A DNA stretch of 15,411 nucleotides from NCBI GenBank assembly GCA_963837175.1, contig CAWIMJ010000011.1, positions 1 through 15,411 of the forward strand. Direction: 5' to 3'. This document shows positions 1-7,940 of the stretch, in pieces. Numbering within the stretch: position 1 is the first letter of the stretch; every line of letters starts with the position of its first letter. The notes beneath the pieces were generated by a model, which was not told the DNA's origin, did no database searches, and was given only the letters and a program-made list of their open reading frames with translations. Source of the DNA: an uncultured Nitrososphaeraceae archaeon (lineage in GTDB: Archaea; Thermoproteota; Nitrososphaeria; Nitrososphaerales; Nitrososphaeraceae). The translations under genes were made by a program, and so were the position numbers.

Positions 1-29
1 CAGACAATTATTACAACTCTAGAAAATTG

Positions 30-66
30 TTTAAATATTAGGCCATCCTAATTAGGCAGACCTAAT
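30..66 (+). promoter_or_regulatory. TATA box (TTTAAATA, 30-37) followed by two overlapping inverted repeats ATTAGG-N4-CCTAAT (37-52, 51-66); DtxR/SirR/MntR-box-like operator
   Basis: Read directly: attagg-ccat-cctaat and attagg-caga-cctaat lie between the TATA box and the ATG at 71. TTAGG-N4-CCTAA is the core of DtxR-family (Sir-box) operators. Confidence 0.7.
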
Positions 67-70
67 CTAT

Positions 71-400
71 ATGATGACAAGAGATGATATTATTGTCTTC
101 AATGAGAGTCATGTGGCAATTCCATTACTGCAAGATATTGTGGATGAAACCACCTTTAAAATAATTTTATCTACTATTGACATAGCAAAAACAGTATTTC
201 AGATATGTGACGAGAATAAAATACCCATAAGCTCTACTTATAAGAAGATTAGAAGACTACAGTATGCTGGCCTAATATCCATAGAAAAAATTGAAATTGA
301 CAATAGGGGCAAAAAGGTGATTTTCTATAAGAGTAAGATAAAATCTCTAGAGTTTAATTTGAAAAAAGATAGTATATTGTTGCAGTTTCACAAAAATTGA
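71..400 (+). CDS. Archaeal winged helix-turn-helix (ArsR-like) transcriptional regulator
   Basis: 109 aa. KTVFQICDENKIPISSTYKKIRRLQYAGLI forms the HTH and KIEIDNRGKKVIFYKSKI the wing, a pattern typical of small thaumarchaeal wHTH regulators. Confidence 0.85.
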   Translation: MMTRDDIIVFNESHVAIPLLQDIVDETTFKIILSTIDIAKTVFQICDENKIPISSTYKKIRRLQYAGLISIEKIEIDNRGKKVIFYKSKIKSLEFNLKKDSILLQFHKN

Positions 401-480
401 TAATAATCGCTAGGACTAATTCATAAGGTTGCAAAATGTAAATAATATCAAAATGTTTGCAGATTTTCAAATCTCTAGCA

Positions 481-586
481 GTATTTTATTGAAAAATACA
501 TTGTGTATGTACATATATTCATTAATTTAAAAACATATTTTGTCGTAGTGTGTTTATCTGATTCTCATAATAGAGAATCTTCTATT
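481..586 (+). promoter_or_regulatory. Putative promoter/operator region of the 612 gene
   Basis: Inverted repeat GTATTTT-N5-AAAATAC (481-499), TATA-like TTTAAAAA (~526-533), and inverted repeat GATTCTC-N6-GAGAATC (560-579) overlapping AATAGA-N6-TCTATT (569-586). Confidence 0.4.
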
Positions 587-611
587 GTAATAAATACTTC
601 GACACCAGTCA

Positions 612-1850
612 GTGCCTAATATGATGACAAAAGTAACTAAAGGAATAAGGAATAAGATCATAAAGCTAGATGCATTCTATACGATAGTTGGAGTTGTTGT
701 TGCTTTTACAGTGGCAACTGTATTACTTATATTGTATATTACATTGCCATCGTTTGATTATAAGGCATTTGCGCAGGAAGAGAATAATGAAACTGTTGCC
801 GATATTATTGATTCTAATACCACTAATCCGTCTAACCTAACAAGTTCTAACACTACATTGGTAGATTTTGTATCCAATATAGAACAGATTAGAGGTCATC
901 TCGAGCAAGCAATATCCAATAAACAAGCTGGAAATAATATATTAGTTCTAGCACACACACTACATCCAATAGAAGAAATATATTCTAGTATAGAAGGTCA
1001 ACTATCTAATGCAAATAGCACTTTAAACCAAACTCTTTCATCAAATTTGAATCAACTTTCACAAATGGCCAGCAATTCTACAGTGGGTCGATTTAATACA
1101 CAAGCCCAGATAGTAAATGGCTTGTTAAACCAAACAAGTGAAAAAGTTATTCCAACTGAGACCAGAAATAATAATAATACTGCATTTAATCTAATGGTTA
1201 TAGCAGATTTATTATCAATAGCTGGAAGTGAATATAAAGAGGCTGTAGATAATGGGACAATAAAAGAAATAGTTGAGTATCAAGATGCTCAAGGATTTGT
1301 TTCAAGAGCACGATCTGTATTTGAACAAAGCTCATCATTATTATCATCATCATTGAAACCTCAAGAATTATCAGACAAGATTCAAAAGATAAAGGAATCC
1401 TTCTATGATTTAAACAATGCTATACAGAATAAATCAAATCCAGAAGTTGTCAATACGTCAATTAGAGCAATAATAGATGAAATATCAGGAATAATAGGAA
1501 TAAGTAAAGAAGTTCTTGGCGCTGGCAGCCAAGCTGGTGTAGAACAGATAAAAGTAATCGCGGAGATAAGAAATATACTTAATCAAACAATTCAAGAATA
1601 TAGACAACAGAACTACAATGAAGCTAAGACTCTAGCAATAAGTGCATATCTTGATAACTTTGAATATATAGAGAATCTTCTAGCAGAAAAAGATAAATCC
1701 TTAATGCAAAATATTGAAGTAATGTTAAGGGAACAGCTTAGACAGATGATACAAAATAAAGTATCATCAGAAGAGCTGCAACAACATATCGATAAAATAA
1801 ATAGCAATTTAGATCAAGCTGAGAAGTTACTTTCCTCGTCATCTACATAA
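612..1850 (+). CDS. Exported/membrane-anchored helical metal (probably iron)-binding protein with a C-terminal domain like the soluble domain of FTR1/PbrT permeases
   Basis: N-terminal hydrophobic helix ending in AFA-Q (signal peptidase-like site) and many N-x-S/T sequons. Motifs EQIRGH, HTLHPIEE, EYQDAQGF and AYLDNFEYIE. The start may be the ATG at 621 or 624. Confidence 0.65.
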   Translation: MPNMMTKVTKGIRNKIIKLDAFYTIVGVVVAFTVATVLLILYITLPSFDYKAFAQEENNETVADIIDSNTTNPSNLTSSNTTLVDFVSNIEQIRGHLEQAISNKQAGNNILVLAHTLHPIEEIYSSIEGQLSNANSTLNQTLSSNLNQLSQMASNSTVGRFNTQAQIVNGLLNQTSEKVIPTETRNNNNTAFNLMVIADLLSIAGSEYKEAVDNGTIKEIVEYQDAQGFVSRARSVFEQSSSLLSSSLKPQELSDKIQKIKESFYDLNNAIQNKSNPEVVNTSIRAIIDEISGIIGISKEVLGAGSQAGVEQIKVIAEIRNILNQTIQEYRQQNYNEAKTLAISAYLDNFEYIENLLAEKDKSLMQNIEVMLREQLRQMIQNKVSSEELQQHIDKINSNLDQAEKLLSSSST

Positions 1851-1991
1851 TCTCTCTCACCATCATTTACCCAATGAATAGTGGATATCAATTATACTTT
1901 AACTATTGTTGTGTTTGTTAACTCCTATTATTCTTCTTTCTTTCTAGTTATTATTAATAATAATTATAATTGCTCTTGTACTAATAAAAAA

Positions 1992-2237
1992 TTATCTATT
2001 TGATTTGACTGGCCAACTAACGCACATCTTCCTAGTGTATCTGATAAATAGCAATGTTTCACTCTGTCTGTATCTTTTCTGTCTCTGCTATTTCAGTGGA
2101 ATTATGCATGTCTACCTTCTTCTTGGCTATTCTGTTATGCAGCATGTCCTCGAGTATTTTTAGTAATTGTGTTTGCTGTGAGATGCTGCTGATGGTGATG
2201 ATGATGCCGTTAAATTATTCTTTTTCCTACCACTCAT
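1992..2237 (-). pseudogene. Probable frameshifted small helical protein gene
   Basis: The minus strand reads MSGRKKNNLTASSSPSAAS, then in another frame SQQTQLLKILEDMLHNRIAKKKVDMHNSTEIAETEKIQTE, then ETLLFIRY in a further shift. It needs two indels and looks more protein-like than the plus-strand ORF 2054-2257. Confidence 0.35.
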
Positions 2238-2305
2238 TAATAGACTTTAGATATTAAGTTGTAGTAATATACATATTCTTAATATGAGTATATTAACTGA
2301 TAACT

Positions 2306-2440
2306 ATGAGTGAAGAAATTGACAGAGAAGAAATTAAAGATGAAACCCATCAAGTACAAGATGAACAACAAGAAGAGTTGGATGATCTAAGAGGAAGAGG
2401 AAGAGGAAGAAGAATAAGACAAAGCATTGAAGAAGCTTGA
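2306..2440 (+). CDS. Small acidic low-complexity protein (44 aa), below the ORF-track cutoff
   Basis: MSEEIDREEIKDETHQVQDEQQEELDDLRGRGRGRRIRQSIEEA*. Strongly purine-biased, and divergent from the 2237 ATG across an AT-rich spacer. Confidence 0.4.
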   Translation: MSEEIDREEIKDETHQVQDEQQEELDDLRGRGRGRRIRQSIEEA

Positions 2441-2958
2441 GAAATTGAAGGAGACAAACTGCAGCAATATTAGTACAATAATCTACTATTATTACAGAAC
2501 AAGATGCACGGAAACAAAAGGTGAAACGAACTCTAACTCTTCAATAGCTGAATGCCAGATATATTTATTTATGCTCTAGGATATTCCACCAGAAGGACTA
2601 GTTAATACTTCTATTGCTGAGAGTGCTATTCACCGTAACGAAGTAACTTGTCACTGAAAGGTTTTATTATTTTTTATATATCTATAGTGATAATAGATTA
2701 CATTAGTAATATAGTTACAAGGTTTCTAGGTGCGAAATCACTTTCTATGGCATTCAAAAAAGAAAAAGAGAACCAATAACGGCATCCTATTACTAAAATA
2801 GAGCAATGAATTAGATCAGATAAGAAATAGATTACTAGTAGGAATAACTATCTCTGACGAATCAAATATTTAAGATAGTTTATAACCATAAATTATGAAA
2901 GAATAAGGAAGCACATACCTGGATAAAGTAAGTTAATAAGTTTATTTACATACATCTT

Positions 2959-3684
2959 TTGTATATATATATGTTGTCGGGAATTAGTATTATCATAATT
3001 ATGGTCTTATTCTTATTTGGCACAAATATTATGGTGATTATTATCAATACAGAATGGAGAATTGCTTTTGCAGCAAGTGACTTCTTAATTCAAAAAACAT
3101 CATCATTTGTAGATGAAAATAAAATTATGCATGTCTATGGTGAAGTAAAAAATATATCAAATAAAGCCATGACAAATGTAGTAGCAAAGGCCTTATTTTA
3201 TGATGCTAATGGAAAGTTACTTAATGAATTTCAAAGGTCTTCTGAATTACGCACAATTAATCCTGGGGGCATATCTCCATTTGAAATACTAAACATCAAT
3301 ACAAAAACTGTTAAAAATGTAAAGGACTTTAAATTATCTGTGATAGGCACTCCTATTGAGAAGAGTAAGCCAACAGCACTAAAAATTCATTCTGATAATT
3401 CTAGACTTAATCTTTTAGGTTTTTATTATATCAACGGCAGAATTGTAAATGGAGGCCCATTGACAGCTACAGACTCTACTGCAATAGCTACATTTTATGA
3501 TAGAGATGATAATATAATTGCAATTGGAAGAGCATTGGCTGAGCCAGTAAATATTACTTCAGATAGTCATGCTGCATTTGGACTCGTGGTAACAGAGAAA
3601 TTACAAACATACAAGATAAAAAGTTACTCTTTGATAGCAGATTCTGATCAGTACGTATCTTTACCGGTATTTTTATCAAAGTAG
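2959..3684 (+). CDS. Exported protein with two tandem FxLYD-type (Ig-like) domains
   Basis: Signal region ending in AFA-A, then two repeats: HVYGEVKN...ALFYDANGKLL...ISPFEI and YYINGRIVN...ATFYDRDDNII...AAFGL. The true start is probably the ATG at 2971 or 3031. Confidence 0.8.
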   Translation: MYIYMLSGISIIIIMVLFLFGTNIMVIIINTEWRIAFAASDFLIQKTSSFVDENKIMHVYGEVKNISNKAMTNVVAKALFYDANGKLLNEFQRSSELRTINPGGISPFEILNINTKTVKNVKDFKLSVIGTPIEKSKPTALKIHSDNSRLNLLGFYYINGRIVNGGPLTATDSTAIATFYDRDDNIIAIGRALAEPVNITSDSHAAFGLVVTEKLQTYKIKSYSLIADSDQYVSLPVFLSK

Positions 3685-3822
3685 AGTTACTAGCCTTTGT
3701 TATATTATATCTATTAAGTATTTCTAGAAGTTTACAACAATAAGAAACATCGTGCAGCTTAGAACATAAAAAGAGCTGTACAAGCGAGCTGTTATTATAT
3801 ATTTGAGAATAGGCATATCTTT

Positions 3823-4394
3823 GACAAGGTTGGAGTATACCTTGTAGCCTTTGATGAAGTCGTGCCCATTTTTATTCAAGCACAAAACCACGATCTTCTT
3901 TCCAAAGTAAAATGGTATGGAAGTGATGGTTCTGCGCTAAATAACAAGATTGTAAGAAATGCTGAAGCCGCAACCTTCGCACTAAACACAAGTTTCTCGA
4001 CTCCAATATATGGAGTCGAAAATCATAATGTAAAAGGTTTAAAGATGTCGAAGCTCAGATTCATGAGCAAATCGAGAGAACTCGTAGATCTTATGCAAGT
4101 GTTGCTTATGATATACTATGGATAGCAGCTCTAGCTGAGAATAATACCAAAGCTACACATGATACCAATTACTTAAAAACTAAACTTGTGAAAATAACCG
4201 ATTCATATAATGGAATCACAGACAATACAAGCCTAAATCAAAATGGTGATAGAAAGTATGGAGATTATGATTTTTGGGCTGTGAGTAATAGTGAGAGTAA
4301 TCATGATACTTTTACTTGGAAGCGTATTGGTAAATACATATCAGGTACAAGAACTGAACAAGGGCTTATCGATCAGATAATGCCAGTAAGGTGA
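3823..4394 (+). pseudogene. 5'-truncated, frameshifted ABC substrate-binding protein (type I periplasmic binding fold, branched-chain amino acid/LppC-like)
   Basis: DKVGVYLVAFDEVVPIFIQA...KWYGSDGSA...PIYGVENHN, then a 1-nt indel near 4030, then KRFKDVEAQIHEQIERTRRSYASVAYDILWIAALA...YNGITDNTSLNQNGDRKYGDYDFW. This joins ORFs 3862-4125 and 4188-4394; the N-terminal half is absent. Confidence 0.8.
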
Positions 4395-4510
4395 AATGAG
4401 AATGATTCTCACCAAATTCAATAGTCATAGGAGAATTAGAAAAGAATTACAATCAGTTGCTGTTGTAGTCATTTTTGCTGCTTTTCCCTTTGTATCTATT
4501 GTATAGATGA

Positions 4511-5069
4511 TCAACGGTAGTTGTTCTTGTTTCTTCTTTTTTTCTGTGATGATATCTCTAATAGCTTCCTTGTTTGTTCTATACCATATGCAGGTAGGAT
4601 CTTTGAATCAAGAAGGCCTATCTGAACCAAGAGAGATGCTTGATCCCAATAAATGTGTTCATGTGCTATCTTATCACCATCAAACTTCATGACCACAACA
4701 TGCGCTAGCTCTACATACTTACCTGTTGGTGGTATCCCAGGAAGCATAATTTTAATTTCTCTATCATGTGTAAAACTTAGAATGAGCTCATCAACAACCT
4801 GATCCTTTCCAACAGTACCAGAGACATGTACAATCTTTGTATCAGCAGGCATTTTTACCGACAAAATCATTCTTATAGAAATTGTAGACTCCATCATAGC
4901 CTATTCCTCCAGTTAATGTTGGTACATGGTGTACATATGGCTCTTTAACCATTGTCTTCATCGTTGTGTCTACATCATGATCTTGGAATTCGCACTTTAC
5001 ATGTTTGTCAAATACTGCTCCTAAGTTAGGATGTCGTCTATTTTTTTTCTTTCGATTATTATTGCTCAT
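4511..5069 (-). pseudogene. SnoaL-like/NTF2-fold ester cyclase family protein split by one frameshift
   Basis: FDKHVKCEF..DVDTTMKTM..PYVHHVPTLTGGIG..FY...FVGK joins MPADTK..VVDELILSFTHD..MLPGIPPTGK..KIAHEHIYWDQAS. Removing one base from the T5 run at 4852-4856 fuses the two ORFs. It may be a sequencing error. Confidence 0.85.
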
Positions 5070-5282
5070 ATGATTTACTGTCTCTCCCTATCAGTAGTTA
5101 TACAAAGGTTCTTAATCTCCTTTCTTTTTCAATATCGCAGAAAAATGACAGCCAAACTACACCATTTCTTTATACCAACTTGTGCTCACATAATTATATT
5201 GATTCCAACCTACCTTCATAAGTTTTAGCAACTTCTATACAATGTTATTTATACTAAAAGATAAAAACCCCCTAAGCCAATT

Positions 5283-5741
5283 TTGATAGTGAGAATAGCT
5301 GTGAGCAACTCGAATCACTATCATAAAAGGCATGCTCCTGTAAAGCGAATAAGTATGTCATTATCACCTGAATTATTATCTAAATTTGATAAGAGTATGA
5401 TTAAAGCAGGATATTCAGACAGATCCAAAGCGATTCAAACAGCAATTCATTCTTTTATAGATAATTATGATTGGAAAGTGGGTGAAAATGAGGATGGTGC
5501 TGGCGCAATAATAATGCTATACGACAACCATATTTATAACCAAGACACAAAATCAACTCAAATTCAGCATAAATACAAATATGTAATTAGTGCTTCCACA
5601 CATTTGCATTTGGAAGGTGATAATTGCCTGGAAACTATTATGGTAAAAGGACAAATTAAAAAAATCAAAGAACTTGCAAAATATCTATCAGAAAATCGAG
5701 GAATCAAGAGTCTAAAGGTTCATTTCGTATCTCTTGATTAA
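5283..5741 (+). CDS. nikR: Nickel-responsive regulator NikR (ribbon-helix-helix plus ACT-like metal-binding domain)
   Basis: RHH motif KRISMSLSPELLSKFD...GYSDRSKAIQTAI. Ni ligands QH...HLH....NCLE correspond to E. coli H76/H87/H89/C95. The start may be the GTG at 5301. Confidence 0.9.
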   Translation: MIVRIAVSNSNHYHKRHAPVKRISMSLSPELLSKFDKSMIKAGYSDRSKAIQTAIHSFIDNYDWKVGENEDGAGAIIMLYDNHIYNQDTKSTQIQHKYKYVISASTHLHLEGDNCLETIMVKGQIKKIKELAKYLSENRGIKSLKVHFVSLD

Positions 5742-5940
5742 TAATATTAATTTAATTAGGTTCATTACATATAGTATTTAAAAATCTATTGCACTGCTTC
5801 TTGTTCAGGATACATTTTTAAAAAATCAAAGTTATAAAATCCTTTTTTAATCAAATTAGTCGTTGTCAATTAGAATATGAATTCCGTAATATTAAGCGGT
5901 ATGATTAGTCTGGTATTTTGAATATATTTAAGCTATCAAG

Positions 5941-5970
5941 AGTAATACTAATTATAAAACTATTAATACT
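5941..5970 (+). promoter_or_regulatory. Putative NikR operator AGTAATA-N16-TAATACT downstream of a TATA-like box (~5925-5932)
   Basis: A 6/7 inverted repeat with a 16-nt spacer, the geometry of the E. coli NikR site GTATGA-N16-TCATAC. It ends 20 nt before the SBP start. Confidence 0.65.
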
Positions 5971-5990
5971 GGATTTCATATTTTGTCTCA

Positions 5991-7085
5991 TTGACGAAAA
6001 ACTTAATTATTATACAAATTACCAGTTTGGCTGCTGCAATTGCTTCAGTTATTGGTGTAAGTTTGAATCTAGAAGTCTATACAGCTGCAGGTTCTACTAC
6101 TCCTGTTTCAATATCAATTAATACGACTACTAATTCTTCTTTCTCTTCTGTTGGTAGTGGTATTGATAATACTACAAGGACACAACTTAATGTCGTAACA
6201 TCTGTTTCACCTATCACAAATATAGTCAAAAATATAGGTGGTGAAAGAATAGAACTAACAGGACTTATTCCAGAAGGTATTAATTCACATACTTATGAAT
6301 TAGTCCCTTCAGATAGAATCAAAATAGAAAATGCAAATCTTGTAATTATCGATGGACTTAACCTTGAAGGAAATATCGAAAGAGCCGTAAACCAAGCACA
6401 GATCAAAAATCATCAGTTACAATTGCTAAAACTTGGAGATACTACTATAACAAAGAATCAATGGATTTTTGATCTTAGTTTTCCAAAAGAAAGGGGCGAT
6501 CCTAATCCACACCTATGGTTGAACATAGCATATGCTATGAAATTTGCAAACCTTACAAGGGATAAATTAATAGAGATGGATCCTCAGAACGTCGACTATT
6601 ATTCTTCTAATACAGAAAGATATCTCCTAATTTTGAAGAAATTAGACAAAGCAATAATACAGTCAGTACATACTGTTCCTCCCCAAAATAGAAAATTGCT
6701 TACGTACCACGATTCATGGGCGTATTTTGCACCACGTTACGGCATGACTGTAATCGGTGCAGTTCAACCTTCTGATTTTGGAGAACCTACACCAAGGGAA
6801 GTCGGTAGGCTAATAGAGCAAATACGTGCTGAGAGAGTACCAGCCATATTTGCATCTGAAGTTTTTCAAAGTAAAGTAGTTGATCAAATAGCGAGAGAAG
6901 CAAATGTAAAGATTGTTGAAACGTTAAGTGACGATGATCTTCCTGGGGAAAGTGGTGATCCTGCACATACATATGTTGGAATGATGTTAGAAAATATGCG
7001 CAATATGCTTGTGCCGCTTGGTGGCAATGTAACTGCTTTGAATCATATCGATCCTATGGATACATACATACACTTATCAAGGTGA
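5991..7085 (+). CDS. Metal ABC transporter substrate-binding protein (cluster A-I, TroA/ZnuA/MntC family)
   Basis: N-terminal TM anchor and Ser/Thr linker. Motifs VVTSVSPITNIVKNIGG, NSHTYE, DGLNLE, DPNPHLW, YHDSWAYF and SDDDLPG. Confidence 0.95.
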   Translation: MTKNLIIIQITSLAAAIASVIGVSLNLEVYTAAGSTTPVSISINTTTNSSFSSVGSGIDNTTRTQLNVVTSVSPITNIVKNIGGERIELTGLIPEGINSHTYELVPSDRIKIENANLVIIDGLNLEGNIERAVNQAQIKNHQLQLLKLGDTTITKNQWIFDLSFPKERGDPNPHLWLNIAYAMKFANLTRDKLIEMDPQNVDYYSSNTERYLLILKKLDKAIIQSVHTVPPQNRKLLTYHDSWAYFAPRYGMTVIGAVQPSDFGEPTPREVGRLIEQIRAERVPAIFASEVFQSKVVDQIAREANVKIVETLSDDDLPGESGDPAHTYVGMMLENMRNMLVPLGGNVTALNHIDPMDTYIHLSR

Positions 7086-7091
7086 GCATAA

Positions 7092-7928
7092 ATGAACACA
7101 AATACTAATATTTGCTTAAACTTGCAAAATATAACATATGGATACTCTTATCATTTACCTGTTCTTGATGGAGTAAACCTGACAGTTCCAAAAGGCATAA
7201 TGCTTGGATTGCTCGGACCCAGTGGATCGGGTAAATCCACGCTTCTTAAAATAATTGTAGGTTTATACAAGCCATGGCATGGTTCTATTGAGTTTAATAA
7301 TAATAATATTATGTGCCCTGCTTCATCAAAAGGACAACAACAGAATTCTTGGTTTCGGTCAACTTTCAGAGTGCATAAAGACATACCTTCCATTGGATAT
7401 GTGCCTCAAGTAGAGAGTGTTGACTGGACTTTTCCCGTAACAGTCAAAGAAGTAGTTGCTATGGGGATTTGGGATCAATCAGGAGCAACACCTTGGCTTG
7501 CAAAAAATTCAACTGATGAGATAGAGTATATACTTGATAGTCTTGGGCTGGATGGTAGTTTATACATGAAAAGACAAATAAGGGAACTATCGGGAGGAGA
7601 GCAACAACGAGTATTTCTAGCCAGAGCATTGATTCGCAATCCAAGTATTCTTTTATTAGATGAGCCCACATCTGGAGTAGACTATAATACACGAGAAAGA
7701 ATTCTAGGAATATTGACAGAACTAAATACTAAGGGAATCACAATTATAATAGCAACTCACGACATTACTGGCCTAGCAAGACGACTTCCATGGGTTGTAT
7801 GTTTAAATAAAAACATAATATCTCAAGGTTCCCCAGCAGATACACTTACGGAAACTAATCTCTTGAAAACATATGGATTAATCGACAATACCTCGGTAAC
7901 ATCTACAAAGCCAACTGAAGAAGGGTGA
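7092..7928 (+). CDS. Metal ABC transporter ATP-binding protein (ZnuC/MntA-type)
   Basis: Walker A GPSGSGKS, Q-loop IGYVPQ, signature LSGGEQQR, Walker B LLLDEP and H-loop ATHD. An SD-like GGTGA lies upstream at 7081. Confidence 0.97.
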   Translation: MNTNTNICLNLQNITYGYSYHLPVLDGVNLTVPKGIMLGLLGPSGSGKSTLLKIIVGLYKPWHGSIEFNNNNIMCPASSKGQQQNSWFRSTFRVHKDIPSIGYVPQVESVDWTFPVTVKEVVAMGIWDQSGATPWLAKNSTDEIEYILDSLGLDGSLYMKRQIRELSGGEQQRVFLARALIRNPSILLLDEPTSGVDYNTRERILGILTELNTKGITIIIATHDITGLARRLPWVVCLNKNIISQGSPADTLTETNLLKTYGLIDNTSVTSTKPTEEG

Positions 7929-7940
7929 TAAAACAAAAAT

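Noticed and set aside
1613-1807. Antisense or alternate-frame ORFs inside real genes (also 5918-6121, 6787-6972, 7151-7393, 7459-7692, 7475-7669, 7925-8125, 9311-9505, 12095-12319, 13979-14200, 14703-14996)
   Set aside because: They overlap well-supported CDSs and have no recognisable motifs.
1945-1972. AT-only palindrome tattattaataata and similar AT hairpins elsewhere
   Set aside because: These are expected by chance in very AT-rich intergenic DNA.
2054-2257. Plus-strand 67-aa Cys/Met-rich ORF
   Set aside because: It looks like the antisense shadow of a more protein-like minus-strand remnant.
4845-4862. Programmed ribosomal frameshift in the SnoaL-like gene
   Set aside because: There is only an A5 run, with no canonical X XXY YYZ heptamer or evident stimulatory structure; a homopolymer indel is simpler.
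4507-5228. Plus-strand ORFs 4507-4692 and 5031-5228
   Set aside because: They are antisense to the SnoaL-like gene or span its promoter, and their composition is not protein-like.
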